Counted from the first letter of the stretch, positions 44,214 to 54,230 are shown. The stretch: 64,000 nucleotides of DNA from Desulfobulbaceae bacterium UBA5121 (GCA_002414225.1 DHYV01000040.1:49656-113655), one strand, 5' to 3'. Translations and numbers: made by a program. The notes: generated from the sequence alone by a model not told the origin.

Positions 44214-45425
44214 TCAGTCCTTCAACAGCTTGACGATCCGGTTCCAGATGCGGTGGGCGGTTTCGTCCTTGGTGAGCAGCGGCAGTTCTTCCACGGCATC
44301 GTTGCGGTCGAGGAGGGTGACGCGGTTGGTATCCACGGCAAAGCCGCAGTCGCTGGCGGTAATGTCGTTGACCACCATGAGATCGAGGTTTTTGGCCCGG
44401 AGTTTGCGTCGCCCTTCATTGAGGTGTTCACGGCTCTCGGCGGCAAACCCCACCAGCAGGGGGCAGGGCCTGTTGCCCCGGCGCTCGCCCAGGGTGAGGA
44501 GGATGTCCGGATTGGCGGCAAGGGCGATGGTGGCCGTCGTGGTGGCTTTTTTGAGCTTGTGGCTCGCCTGCTCGGCGGGCCGGAAGTCGGAAACCGCCGC
44601 GGCCTTCACCACCACGTCCATCTCGCTCGCGCGGTCCAGCACTGCCTGGTGCATCTCAAGCGCGGTGGTGATCCGGATCATTTCGACACCCGGCGGGGCG
44701 GCGAGGTCGGTGGGGCCGCTCACCAGGGTGACCCGGGCGCCGCGCTGGCTTGCCGCGGCGGCAACGGCGTAGCCCATCTTGCCGGTGGAACGGTTGCTCA
44801 GGAAACGGACCGGGTCCAGGGGTTCGCGGGTGGGGCCGGCGGTGACCAGCACCGCCCGGCCTGCGAGATCCTGGGCGGCAAAGGTGGCGAGGATGGCGTG
44901 CCGCACCGTTTCCCACTCCGCCAGGCGGCCGGGGCCCTCCTCGCCGCAGGCCATGTTGCCTGATGCAGGCTCCACCACCCGGTAGCCGTGACCGCGCAGG
45001 GTGGCGAGGTTGGCGGTGGTGGCGGGGTGGAGGAACATCTTGCTGTTCATGGCCGGGCAGACCATCACCGGCGCCTCGGTGGCCAGGGCCACGGTGGCGA
45101 GCAGGTCGTCGGCCAGGCCGTGGGCCAGGCGGGCGATGGTGGTGGCGGTGGCCGGTGCCACCAGCAGCAGGGCGCAGCGTCGGGCCAGATCGATATGCGG
45201 GATGGTCTCCGGCGCCGTCGCATCGAACATGCCGGTATGGACCCGGCTGCCGGAGAGGGCAGCAAAGGTGAGCGGCGAGACGAAGCGAGCCCCGGCCGCG
45301 GTCATGATCACCGTCACCCGGGCGCCGTCCCGACGCAAGGATCGCACCCAGTCCGCCACCTTGTAGGCGGCGATGCTGCCGGTGACTCCGACAACGATCT
45401 CCCTATCGTTCAGCGGTAATGGCAC
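44214..45425 (-). CDS. coaBC: bifunctional phosphopantothenoylcysteine decarboxylase / phosphopantothenate--cysteine ligase
   Basis: Flavoprotein N-domain VGVTGSIAAYK and PAMN. C-terminal CoaB motif ISNRSTGKMG. 403 aa. Confidence 0.9.
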   Translation of the reverse strand: MPLPLNDREIVVGVTGSIAAYKVADWVRSLRRDGARVTVIMTAAGARFVSPLTFAALSGSRVHTGMFDATAPETIPHIDLARRCALLLVAPATATTIARLAHGLADDLLATVALATEAPVMVCPAMNSKMFLHPATTANLATLRGHGYRVVEPASGNMACGEEGPGRLAEWETVRHAILATFAAQDLAGRAVLVTAGPTREPLDPVRFLSNRSTGKMGYAVAAAASQRGARVTLVSGPTDLAAPPGVEMIRITTALEMHQAVLDRASEMDVVVKAAAVSDFRPAEQASHKLKKATTTATIALAANPDILLTLGERRGNRPCPLLVGFAAESREHLNEGRRKLRAKNLDLMVVNDITASDCGFAVDTNRVTLLDRNDAVEELPLLTKDETAHRIWNRIVKLLKD

Positions 45426-45458
45426 GGCAAGTCTCCCTTCCGTTTACCCCGACTCACC

Positions 45459-46028
45459 TTACTTGAAGACCTCTTCCGCCGTCGGAGCGGCAGCCGGCGC
45501 GGCGGCAGCACCGCTCGGGTTGGCGGCGATCTCCTCGGCCACATAGATGTTGACCTGGGTCTTAATGCCGAAGTCGCCGTTGGCAATGGTGACCATGCAG
45601 GTCTTGTGGGGTTTGATGAACACCAGCAGGTTGCTCTTCTGCTTGATGGAACCGGTCATCTTCCAGCCGTTGTTGACCATGCTGGCCTGGAAAAAGTCGG
45701 TGAGCGAGTTGACCTCCACCCGGCCGGTGAAGTTCAGGATGCCGCCGGCAAAGGAGTCGGTGCGGATGGACATGCTCTTGTCGCGGTTCCAGGTGAGTTC
45801 GCCGGGGACGAGGAGATCCTTGAAGTCGGTGGGGTAATACGGCTGGCTGCTGGCGGTTGGCTGTTCCGTTGCCGCCGGGGCGCTGGCCGGCGGTGGGGCG
45901 GCGGGGGCGGTGGCATCGGTGGAGGGACCACCGAGGTTCAATTCCGCGCAGCCGCCCAGAAAGAAGAGGAAGCTTGCGGCAAGCAGCAACGAGGTCAGTC
46001 GAAGGGTTTTGGATCCGGAAAGGTGCAT
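45459..46028 (-). CDS. lipoprotein of unknown function
   Basis: Start at MHLSGSKTLRLTSLLLAASFLFFLGGC, with lipobox L-G-G-C. Ala/Pro-rich linker followed by a globular C-terminal domain. Confidence 0.65.
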   Translation of the reverse strand: MHLSGSKTLRLTSLLLAASFLFFLGGCAELNLGGPSTDATAPAAPPPASAPAATEQPTASSQPYYPTDFKDLLVPGELTWNRDKSMSIRTDSFAGGILNFTGRVEVNSLTDFFQASMVNNGWKMTGSIKQKSNLLVFIKPHKTCMVTIANGDFGIKTQVNIYVAEEIAANPSGAAAAPAAAPTAEEVFK

Positions 46029-46145
46029 GGGTGTTCCTCCTGATGGCGGACACGACCGGCGGCGTGCCCTTTGGGCTGTTTGAATCGGCGTGACAAATAC
46101 CAAAAAATGTCTGGCGCCGGTCTTGGCGTCGGGCGGGCCGGCGGG

Positions 46146-46655
46146 TTACAGTTCCTTGAGAACGAATTCCGCAAGGTTTTTGCGCTGCGAAGTCTGACGA
46201 CGGTGCTGGGGATGGCCGACGGCCAGCACCGCCATCAGCTCAAGGGCTTCCGGCAGTTCGAGGATGGCGGTCACCGCGGCGGCGTTCTGGAGAATCTGGC
46301 CGAGCCAAACCGCGCCGAGGCCAAGAGCCTCGGTGGCGAGCAGCATGTTCTGAATACAGGCTCCGGCGGCCTGGTGGTCCTTGACCTCGTTGTACATGGC
46401 GGCCGGGTCGAGATAGACGGCGATGAGGGCCGGAGCGGCCAGAACGATATGGCCGTAGTGGGTCTGCTCGGCGAGTCGGCGGCGGACCGCTGCGTCGCGG
46501 ATGATAACAAAGCGCCAGGGCTGATTGTTGAGGCCCGAGGGCGCCCATATGCCGGCCCGGATGATTTCCCGGAGTTCGTCGGGGCGAACTTCCTCGTCGG
46601 TGTATTCGCGGATGGAGCGCCGTTGCTGGATGGCGTCGAGAATGGGTGACGGCAT
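46146..46655 (-). CDS. nitroreductase-family protein
   Basis: Start at MPSPILDAIQQRRSIREYT, with WAPSGLNNQPWRF. 169 aa. Confidence 0.8.
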   Translation of the reverse strand: MPSPILDAIQQRRSIREYTDEEVRPDELREIIRAGIWAPSGLNNQPWRFVIIRDAAVRRRLAEQTHYGHIVLAAPALIAVYLDPAAMYNEVKDHQAAGACIQNMLLATEALGLGAVWLGQILQNAAAVTAILELPEALELMAVLAVGHPQHRRQTSQRKNLAEFVLKEL

Positions 46656-46935
46656 GGCAGTTGTCCTGCGGGGGTGACGCACGAGCCCGAAGGAGGGAGA
46701 GGCGTCGGTCTTGGAGCGAACATGGATAAGGCAAAAAAGAGCAGGAGGGTGCGTCGTTCTCCGGGCGCCGGCAACGGCCTCCCGATCTCCTCGCGCAAGG
46801 AGCGCGAATCGGTTCCGCAATCCTGAACAAGATAGTCCGGCCTGTTGGAATTTGTCAAATCATTTACGCGTTTGTGGCGTGGCGTTGCGCGTTGGCGGAG
46901 AATCTGTTAGAAGGGTCCACGGGAGGGACGAGAGG

Positions 46936-47772
46936 TTGACCAAGAACAAGAAAAAAGCGATTCCGCCGCCGGTGCTGACGGCCGGTGCGCGTCTGGTGGA
47001 CACCCACTGCCATCTCGACATGGACGCCTATGGCGACGACCTCGATCAGGTGTTGTGCCGGGCGCGGGCCGCCGGCGTGGGCCGGGTGATAACCATCGGT
47101 ATCGACGTGGCCAGTTCCCGGGCCGCGGTGGCTCTGGCCCAGCAGCACCGGGGAATCTTTGCCGCGGTGGGGGTCCACCCCCATCACGTGGCAGAGGTCG
47201 ATGATCGAGCTTATGCGGAGTTGCGGCAACTGGCGGCCCACCCCAGGGTGGTCGCCTACGGCGAGGTCGGCATGGACGGGGTCAAGGGGTATGTGCCCCT
47301 TGACCTGCAGCGCGACCATTTCCGCCGCCAGGTGGTACTGGCCAAGGAACTCGGCCTGCCGCTCATTGTCCACGACCGCGAAACCCATGCCGAGGTGCTC
47401 GCCATCCTGCAGGAGGCGGCGCCCTTTCCGGCCGGCGGGGTCATGCACTGCTTTTCCGGTGATGCGGCCCTGGCCCGGGAGGTGCTCGCGCTGGGGTTTT
47501 ACGTCTCGGTGCCCGGTGTGGTAACCTTCAACAACGCCGCGGTGCTGCAGGAGGTGGTGGCCGCCGTGCCGTTGAACGCCCTGCTGGTTGAAACCGACGG
47601 CCCCTTCCTGGCGCCGGCGCCTTGGCGGGGCAAGCGAAACGAGCCGGCCCACGTGCTCTACACCGCGGCCAAGGTGGCCGCGGTCAAGGGGGTGAGCCTT
47701 GACGAGGTGGCCCGCCAGACCACGGCCAATGCCGAGTCCCTGTTCGGATTGGCGGAGGGTGAACAAGGATGA
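46936..47772 (+). CDS. tatD: TatD-family metal-dependent hydrolase
   Basis: VDTHCHLD, GEVGMD, VHDRE, HCFSG and ETDGPFL. TTG start after gggagggacgagagg is a best guess. The track start at 46711 is implausibly far upstream. Confidence 0.8.
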   Translation: MTKNKKKAIPPPVLTAGARLVDTHCHLDMDAYGDDLDQVLCRARAAGVGRVITIGIDVASSRAAVALAQQHRGIFAAVGVHPHHVAEVDDRAYAELRQLAAHPRVVAYGEVGMDGVKGYVPLDLQRDHFRRQVVLAKELGLPLIVHDRETHAEVLAILQEAAPFPAGGVMHCFSGDAALAREVLALGFYVSVPGVVTFNNAAVLQEVVAAVPLNALLVETDGPFLAPAPWRGKRNEPAHVLYTAAKVAAVKGVSLDEVARQTTANAESLFGLAEGEQG

Positions 47773-48461
47773 GTGGTATTGCGGAAAATTTGATCATCAT
47801 CCGGGAGCGCATCGCGGCGGCGGCCCGGCGGGCTGGCAGGAATCCCGGTGAGGTGCGGCTGGTGGCGGTGAGCAAGCGGGTGGGGCTTGACCAGATCCGG
47901 GAGGCCATGGCTGCGGGCCAAACCCTCTTTGGAGAGAACTACCTGCAGGAGGCGGAACTCAAGGTGAAGGCCCTCGGAAGACGGGTGAAATGGCACTTCA
48001 TCGGTCATCTCCAGTCCAACAAGGCCAAACTCGCCAGCGAGTTCTTCGACTGTGTCGAAACCGTCGACCGGCTGAAGCTCGGCGCTACCCTGGACCGGCA
48101 TCTGGCTGCGGTCGGCCGGCGGCTGCCGGTCCTGGTCCAGGTCAATGTAGGCCGGGAATCCCAGAAGTCGGGGGTGTTGCCCGAGGATGCCGAAACCCTG
48201 TTGCGCGGGCTTGGCGAACTTGAGAACATCGAGGCGCGGGGGCTCATGGCCATGCCGCCCCTCTGCCACGATCCCGAAACGTCGCGACCTTATTTTCGCG
48301 AGCTTCGGCAGCTGGCCGACACCCTGGCCGCCAAGGGGCTTTTTGCCGGCAGCGGGCCGGTGGAGTTGTCCATGGGCATGTCGGGTGACTTCGAGGTGGC
48401 GGTGGAAGAGGGCGCCACCCTGGTGCGGGTAGGTACCGCCCTCTTCGGCGAACGTCGGTAA
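47769..48461 (+). CDS. yggS: YggS-family PLP-binding (PLP homeostasis) protein
   Basis: LVAVSKRV (PLP Lys), HFIGHLQSNK and LSMGMSGDFEVAVEEGATLVRVGTALFG. ATGA overlap with tatD. Confidence 0.9.
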   Translation: MSGIAENLIIIRERIAAAARRAGRNPGEVRLVAVSKRVGLDQIREAMAAGQTLFGENYLQEAELKVKALGRRVKWHFIGHLQSNKAKLASEFFDCVETVDRLKLGATLDRHLAAVGRRLPVLVQVNVGRESQKSGVLPEDAETLLRGLGELENIEARGLMAMPPLCHDPETSRPYFRELRQLADTLAAKGLFAGSGPVELSMGMSGDFEVAVEEGATLVRVGTALFGERR

Positions 48462-48477
48462 CGGCCCGAGCGGCCGG

Positions 48478-49041
48478 TTACTTGTACCGCTTGTGGCATT
48501 CCTTGATGCGTTGATCTATTTCGCCCGCCAGCGCCGTGGCCGCGGGCCAGTTGCCGGTCGTTGCCGCTTCGGTGCAAAGCGTCAGCGCAGTCAGGCAATC
48601 CTCCCACTCCTGTCGCCACTCCCTTTCGGTAAAGAGCCGGTATTCCGCGCCCAGGGCGAGGAGCGCCCGGCAGTCGGTCGCGTCCGGTGGTTCTGCCGAG
48701 GCGATGCGGCTGCGCGTCGCCCGCCAGAGCCGGCTGAGTTCCTTCTTGATCCTTTTGGCGTCGCTGCTGCCCGTGGCGCGTGGCTTCGTCGCCGGGGCCG
48801 GGGGCTCTGGTGGTTTTCCTGCCGCCGGGCTGTCGGTTTCGAGCAGGGGCATCTTGGCGGCGATGGTGAAGTAGGCGCTCCCAGCCTTGAGTTCGCTCTT
48901 GGCCTTCAGGAAAGTGGGCTGGCCGACCGCCACCCGGGCCGAGCCGATGCGGAGCCGGCCCGTTTCGAGGTCGTCGGCCAGGGCGCGGAGGTCGCGGGCC
49001 AGATCGGTGAGGCTCAGTGAGGAGGTCGGCGGTCGGGTCAT
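48478..49041 (-). CDS. amphi-Trp-like N-terminal domain + C-terminal XXXCH-type domain protein (GAK-system-associated family, tentative)
   Basis: N-terminal LADDLETGRLRIGSARVAVGQPTFLKAKSELKAGSAYFTIAAK resembles amphi-Trp domains. The C-terminus ends ...GNWPAATALAGEIDQRIKECHKRYK, a CH..YK ending recalled from 'GAK system XXXCH domain' proteins. From memory only. Confidence 0.45.
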   Translation of the reverse strand: MTRPPTSSLSLTDLARDLRALADDLETGRLRIGSARVAVGQPTFLKAKSELKAGSAYFTIAAKMPLLETDSPAAGKPPEPPAPATKPRATGSSDAKRIKKELSRLWRATRSRIASAEPPDATDCRALLALGAEYRLFTEREWRQEWEDCLTALTLCTEAATTGNWPAATALAGEIDQRIKECHKRYK

Positions 49042-49074
49042 CTGCCTATCCGATTAATGGAGATTCGCGGGGGG

Positions 49075-49108
49075 AGAAAAAAGCCGTTTCCGGCGAGGAA
49101 AACGGCTT
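49075..49108 (-). terminator. rho-independent terminator of tRNA-His
   Basis: Minus strand reads aagccgttttcc-tcgcc-ggaaacggctt followed by ttttttc, 13 nt after the tRNA 3' end. Confidence 0.8.
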
Positions 49109-49121
49109 GAATCGGCAAAAG

Positions 49122-49199
49122 TGGGGTGAGCGATGGGACTTGAACCCACGACCTCCGAGGCCACAACCCGGTGCTGCCACCAGCTGAGCTACGCTCACC
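49122..49199 (-). tRNA. tRNA-His (anticodon GTG) with encoded G-1 and CCA
   Basis: Reverse complement GGTGAGCGTAGCTCAGCTGGTGGCAGCACCGGGTTGTGGCCTCGGAGGTCGTGGGTTCAAGTCCCATCGCTCACCCCA. The anticodon stem CCGGG/CCTGG-type (with a G-U pair) encloses the loop TTGTGGC. T-arm GTGGGTTCAAGTCCCAT. The extra 5' G pairs with C73, a His identity feature. Confidence 0.9.
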
Positions 49200-49293
49200 A
49201 CAGAATGTACCGCTTTGGCTCGGCACTAGGCTGCCGAACCGACGAAACCCTTATAATAGATTGCCTACCGTTTGGCAAGGGCAAAACAGCGGC

Positions 49294-49953
49294 TCAGTCC
49301 AACTCTTTGTTGCAATGTTTGCACGTCTTGGCCTGTGATTTGACGATCTCGGCGCAGTGGGGGCATTCCTTCTTGAAATTGGCCTTGAGGAGTTCCTTGA
49401 TGGCAATGTTCACCCGTTGCTCGATTTCGGGGTTGGCGAAATCATGGTTGCGAAGGGCATCGATACAGCTCAGGTCGTTCACCCCCACCAGACACTCGCA
49501 TGCCTGTTTGCGGTGGGCCTGGCCGGCTTTTTCGTCCAGAAGCAGGGCCATCACCGGCGTGCAGTCGTGGTCGGCCACGCAGGTGGCGAGTTTGGCCAGG
49601 GCCTCCTTTTCCTGGTCGTAACGGGCGTTCTGGGACTTGATTTTTTCCGGATCGAGAACGCTGCCGGTGAAGGCGTCCTTGCCTTGGACCATCATCGCCG
49701 AGCCGGAGGTCTCGCCCGGGACCAGCATGTACCGGCAGGAGGAGGAGTGGCCGTAAAGTTCTTCGAAACGCTTCCAGCTGTTGACGAAGATCGGGCAGTC
49801 GTCGTTGAGGCAGATAAAGAGAACCTCGGTTCCCCAGCCCAGGCCGTCCCCGACATGGAAGGGCGGCGCCTCGCAGCAGGAGAGGCGTGTATTGCAGTGC
49901 GGACAGTAGTGTTCTTCTTTCAGGTATTTCAGGCAGGTGTCAAGATCCAGCAT
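49294..49953 (-). CDS. hypothetical protein with N- and C-terminal zinc-ribbon motifs
   Basis: Start at MLDLDTCLKYLKEEHYCPHCNTRLSCC after a ggagga RBS. C-terminus CPHCAEIVKSQAKTCKHCNKEL. The central region is helical-repeat-like. Confidence 0.6.
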   Translation of the reverse strand: MLDLDTCLKYLKEEHYCPHCNTRLSCCEAPPFHVGDGLGWGTEVLFICLNDDCPIFVNSWKRFEELYGHSSSCRYMLVPGETSGSAMMVQGKDAFTGSVLDPEKIKSQNARYDQEKEALAKLATCVADHDCTPVMALLLDEKAGQAHRKQACECLVGVNDLSCIDALRNHDFANPEIEQRVNIAIKELLKANFKKECPHCAEIVKSQAKTCKHCNKELD

Positions 49954-50291
49954 GGTATGTGCTCCTCCAGAAGGGTCGTTGATATGTCGTGTCGGGAGGT
50001 GGCGCGCAACGGAGCGGGCAAGGCAAGAAAGGGCTCTGGGTCGCCGACTTCCCCCGGGCCCCGTGGGGTGGGGCACTTGGAAACGGAAAGAAACGCAATC
50101 TGACAAGTTACATGAAAAGCCGAGCGCGGTCAATGGTGATCGGCTTTTCATGTCCGACTGCAGGCAGGGGCGTCCGGGCGTCCGGGAGGAACCACGCCAC
50201 GAAGAGGAGGAAGGGAGGCGACGGGATGCCCCGGTTGCCACCGCCGGCGACTTGAGGTCATCGGCGTGGCAATCGGAGCGGAGGCATAATG

Positions 50292-50471
50292 TCAGCTGGC
50301 CTCCTGGCGTGAAACCATCCGCAGTTTTTCAAGACGTTTCCGGTAGCCGAAGTAACCGCCCAGGATGGCGGCAGCACCCAGGATGACGGTGGGGATATTG
50401 TCGTAGACTATTCCGAACACGATCATCGTAACGCCCAGTGCCTCCAGGAAAATGGCCAATGGTCTTGTCAT
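50292..50471 (-). CDS. small membrane protein (59 aa, 2 predicted TM helices), below the ORF-track cutoff
   Basis: Minus strand gggagggagaccATG, then MTRPLAIFLEALGVTMIVFGIVYDNIPTVILGAAAILGGYFGYRKRLEKLRMVSRQEAS*. Strong SD and hydrophobic hairpin architecture. Confidence 0.5.
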   Translation of the reverse strand: MTRPLAIFLEALGVTMIVFGIVYDNIPTVILGAAAILGGYFGYRKRLEKLRMVSRQEAS

Positions 50472-50722
50472 GGTCTCCCTCCCAGGTAGAATTTTGTGCC
50501 TTGTATACCAGATTGTCCTTTATAAGTACAGAAATAATTTTGGGCCATCCCCGCAAACCCTCGCCTGGTAAGGGAAAGGCGTTCAAGCCCAGAGAGCGGC
50601 GGCGCGGGAAGGGTAGCGGAAGGAACGGGTTGGGCAGCGGTGGGGACGGAGCTGGATGCGTATTTTGTTCGTTAGGCTTGCGGGGGAGGGAATTTCTCCC
50701 GGCTGGCTGTCGGCCGGTTTGT

Positions 50723-52309
50723 TCAGCTGTATTCCCTGGTCTTGTGGAAGACGATGTCCGGGAACTGCTCCATGGTGTGGTTGAGCCACCAGCCGCTCGC
50801 CGCGAGATAGGTGAGGTGACCCTCGCTGTCCATGGCCAGGTTGGCCTGGTTGCGGGCCCTGAATTCGTCGAGTTTCTTGCGGTTGTCGCAGCTCACCCAG
50901 CGGGCGGTGGCGTACTCCACCGGCTCGGAAATCGCATCAACCCCGTACTCGGCCTTGAGCCGGGCCAGGGTTACCTCGAACTGGAGCACCCCGACGGCAC
51001 CCAGGATGTAGTCGCTGCCCAGGAGCGGCCTGAAGAGCTGTACCGCCCCTTCTTCAGCCATTTGCTCCAGTCCCTTGTTCAGCTGCTTGGCCTTGAGGGG
51101 ATCCTTCAGGAGAACCCGCCGGAAGTGCTCGGGAGCGAAGTTGGGGATGCCGGTGAATTTGAGCGGCTCCTTGTCGGTGAAGGTGTCGCCGATCTTGATG
51201 GTGCCGTGGTTGTGGATGCCGATGATGTCGCCGGGAAATGCCTCCTCGACGTTGGTCCGGTCCTGGGCCATGAAGATGGTGGCATTGGCCAGGGTGAGTT
51301 CCTTGCCCAGCCGGTGGTGGACCACCTTCATGCCCCGGTTGAACTTGCCCGAGCAGATACGAAAGAAGGCGATGCGGTCCCGGTGGGCCGGGTTCATGTT
51401 GGCCTGGATCTTGAAAGTAAATCCCGAGAAGGTTTCCTCGGTGGGGGCGACCTCGCGGCTTGCCGCAGGGCGCGGGCCGGGAGGCGGTGCCAGTTCGACG
51501 AAGGCATCCAGGAGTTCCCTGACCCCGAAGTTGTTGACCGCGCTGCCGAAAAAGACCGGCGTCTGGCTTGCCTTGAGGTACTCGTGATGCTCGAAGGGGT
51601 TGGCCGCCCCCTCGAGAAGTTCGATGTCCTCGCGGAGCTTGTCCGCCTGGCTGCCCAGAAGTTTGTCAAGCTGCGGGTCGTCGAGCCCGGTGACCACGAT
51701 GCCGTCCCTGGGCCGGCTTTCCTGGCTCGGCGTGAAGAGATGGAGCTGCTGGCGGTAGATATCGTAGACGCCCTTGAAGGTCTTGCCCATGCCGATGGGC
51801 CAGGAGAGCGGCGTGCACTCGATCTGGAGCTTCTCCTCGATGTCGCTCAATATCTCCAGCGGGTCGAGTCCCTCGCGGTCGAGTTTGTTGATGAAGGTGA
51901 TCACCGGCGTGTTGCGCATCCGGCAGACCTCCATGAGCTTTTCGGTCTGGGCCTCAACCCCCTTGGCGCTGTCGATCACCATCAGGGCGCTGTCGACAGC
52001 GGTGAGCACCCGGTAGGTGTCCTCTGAGAAGTCCTGATGGCCCGGGGTGTCCAGTAGGTTGATCTCGAAGTCGCGGTAGTTGAACTTCATCACCGACGAG
52101 GTCACCGAAATACCGCGTTCCTTTTCAATGCTCATCCAGTCGCTCACCGCGTGGTTGGCGGTTTTGCGCGACTTGACGGCGCCTGCCATCTGGATGGCGC
52201 CGCCAAAGAGGAGGAGCTTTTCGGTAAGGGTGGTCTTGCCCGCGTCGGGATGGCTGATGATGCCAAAGGTGCGGCGGCGTTCGATTTCTTTTTGCAGCTG
52301 GCGACTCAC
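50723..52309 (-). CDS. prfC: peptide chain release factor 3
   Basis: GTG start ([31 protein letters not shown]). G-motifs DTPGHQDF and NKLD. 528 aa, the usual RF3 size. The track ORF to 53221 is an upstream run-on. Confidence 0.9.
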   Translation of the reverse strand: MSRQLQKEIERRRTFGIISHPDAGKTTLTEKLLLFGGAIQMAGAVKSRKTANHAVSDWMSIEKERGISVTSSVMKFNYRDFEINLLDTPGHQDFSEDTYRVLTAVDSALMVIDSAKGVEAQTEKLMEVCRMRNTPVITFINKLDREGLDPLEILSDIEEKLQIECTPLSWPIGMGKTFKGVYDIYRQQLHLFTPSQESRPRDGIVVTGLDDPQLDKLLGSQADKLREDIELLEGAANPFEHHEYLKASQTPVFFGSAVNNFGVRELLDAFVELAPPPGPRPAASREVAPTEETFSGFTFKIQANMNPAHRDRIAFFRICSGKFNRGMKVVHHRLGKELTLANATIFMAQDRTNVEEAFPGDIIGIHNHGTIKIGDTFTDKEPLKFTGIPNFAPEHFRRVLLKDPLKAKQLNKGLEQMAEEGAVQLFRPLLGSDYILGAVGVLQFEVTLARLKAEYGVDAISEPVEYATARWVSCDNRKKLDEFRARNQANLAMDSEGHLTYLAASGWWLNHTMEQFPDIVFHKTREYS

Positions 52310-52675
52310 TGGGAATACCTTGCGTGTTCCGGGGATTAACGATGGCACCGCCGGTCTGCCGGCAGGGCAGAGGAAACGGTGCCGGTGGCCACAATGAAAA
52401 ACGGGCCGGAATCCGGCCCGCGGTGCATACATAGCCGAAAAATCGCAGTTTGTCCAGAGGTTGCCGTGGGCCGGCCGGGAATTTGCCGTCCCTTGACGCG
52501 GAGAGGCGGAACGGCCGGTCTGGCACATGCGGCGTGGCCGGTTTTCGGTTGACATCAGGATGTTGTCATTTTTAATTGATGCTAAAGGGTTGCCAGAAGC
52601 ATCAAGTGTCTTGAGCAACGAAACCTTGCCGTGGTGCCGCGGTTTGCCCGGCGTAATGTTTTCCGGAGAACGGTC

Positions 52676-53446
52676 ATGGTGGATCATTACCAAAGATTTG
52701 ACCTCAGCAATAAGGTTGCGGTGGTCACCGGCGCCAGCGAGGGAATTGGCCGCGACATTGCCATTGGTTTGGCCGAGGCTGGTGCGGACGTCATTGTCTG
52801 CAGCCGGCGGGAAGCTAAACTGTTGGAGGTTAAAGAAATTGTCGAGAGAAATGGCCGCCGGGCCGAAACCTGCGTCGTTGATCTGCGGAACGTTGCTGAT
52901 ATTCAAAGCTTGAAGGCCTTTGTCAAGGCGACGACAGGCAAGGTCGACATCCTCGTCAACAACGCCGGTTACGCCGTCACCAAACCGGCATGGGAGGTTT
53001 CCGAAAACGACTGGGACACGATGGTGGATACGGGGTTCAAGGGCCTCTTCTTCTGCTGCCAGGCCATCGGCTCGATCATGGGCGAACATGGCTATGGGAA
53101 GATCATCAACCTCAGCTCCACTTTCAGCGAGAGCATCGTGCCGGGGCGGTCGGTTTATGGCGGCATAAAGGCGGGAATCAACCATCTTACCGAGGCTCTG
53201 GCCATGGAGTGGGCCCCGCACGGGATCAGGGTGAACGCGCTGGCGCCCACCGCGGTCAACACCCCCAGTCGTCAGTCGACGCTGCAGGGGCCGATATTGG
53301 AAAAGGTGCTGGCGCGCATCCCCTTGGGCCGGCTCGCCACCCCCGATGATCTGATTGGGGCGGTAATCTTTCTTGCCAGTGCCGCCTCGGACTTCGTTAC
53401 CGGCCAGACGCTCTTTGTTGACGGTGGGTGGGTGGCGGCGAGTTGA
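52676..53446 (+). CDS. SDR-family oxidoreductase
   Basis: Start at [29 protein letters not shown], and catalytic YGGIKAG (YxxxK). 256 aa. Confidence 0.85.
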   Translation: MVDHYQRFDLSNKVAVVTGASEGIGRDIAIGLAEAGADVIVCSRREAKLLEVKEIVERNGRRAETCVVDLRNVADIQSLKAFVKATTGKVDILVNNAGYAVTKPAWEVSENDWDTMVDTGFKGLFFCCQAIGSIMGEHGYGKIINLSSTFSESIVPGRSVYGGIKAGINHLTEALAMEWAPHGIRVNALAPTAVNTPSRQSTLQGPILEKVLARIPLGRLATPDDLIGAVIFLASAASDFVTGQTLFVDGGWVAAS

Positions 53447-53696
53447 CCGCGAAAATTCTCCGGTGGCGGTGACGCGTCCCCAACCAGAGACGATACTGCG
53501 CCGGCGTGCGCGTCCGGGGGCAGAACCGAGGGGGGGCGGCCGCGGCGGGGGATATTTCTCTCATGTGCGTCGCCGCCAGCCGGCAGAGGCGAGACGGATA
53601 TCGCCGATTTCTCAGGCCCCTGGCCGGCAGTGCCGCTCGCCCCAAGTCAATGGCCATGGCCTTGCGGGTGGAAGCCTTCCTGTTGCTCAATGCTGG

Positions 53697-54230
53697 TCAG
53701 CATCGGTGGTAGTCGGCGGGGCGGTCGGTGGCCGGGTACGGGGCCGCGGCGCGGGAGACGATGAAAGCGATGATCAGGATGCCCGGAATGTTGAGGATCA
53801 GCCTGCTCGCCATGAACCGCCATCCCATGGCGGACGCCTCGAAGAGCAGCATGGGGATTTTGATCGAGGACCAGGCGCCGATGAAGATAAGGATGTTGAA
53901 GGGGCTGCACCCCTTGGCGAGCAAGGTCGCCGCCACCGGAAAGGCGGCGTAGAGCGGCCCCGCCGAAAAGGCCCCCAGGCTGAGGGAGAGCATCGCGCCG
54001 GTTGTCCCGGACCGCTCCCCCAGCAAGCGAATGATCGTCTTCTTGGGCACCCAGACGTCGAAAAGGCCGAGGAGCAGGAAGATCGGCGGGATGATGGTGA
54101 CCATCTCAAGGAAGTTCTGCCACGAGACGGACATGGCCTTGGCGCCCATCTTGGGCTGCCAGAGGGACAGAACCACCTGGGCCAGGGCCAGGAGCAGGAA
54201 CAGTCTGTATCTGCGAACCACGCTGTTCAT
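53697..54230 (-). CDS. permease, second half of a split two-gene DUF318/ArsP-like permease
   Basis: 177 aa, polytopic. 4-nt overlap with the upstream half. Family recalled from the 'two-component membrane permease' naming. Confidence 0.55.
   Translation of the reverse strand: MNSVVRRYRLFLLLALAQVVLSLWQPKMGAKAMSVSWQNFLEMVTIIPPIFLLLGLFDVWVPKKTIIRLLGERSGTTGAMLSLSLGAFSAGPLYAAFPVAATLLAKGCSPFNILIFIGAWSSIKIPMLLFEASAMGWRFMASRLILNIPGILIIAFIVSRAAAPYPATDRPADYHRC

Noticed and set aside
48478-49041. A complete GAK system at this locus
   Set aside because: The flanking genes are yggS/tatD and tRNA-His. No ATP-grasp enzyme, HprK-related kinase or adjacent CofD-like gene is present, so only an orphan component can be claimed, and that only tentatively.
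52310-53221. N-terminal 300-aa extension of the prfC reading frame (track ORF 50723-53221)
   Set aside because: The extension is antisense to the SDR gene and has no RF3-like sequence. RF3 homology starts exactly at [26 protein letters not shown], giving the canonical ~528 aa with a GTG start.
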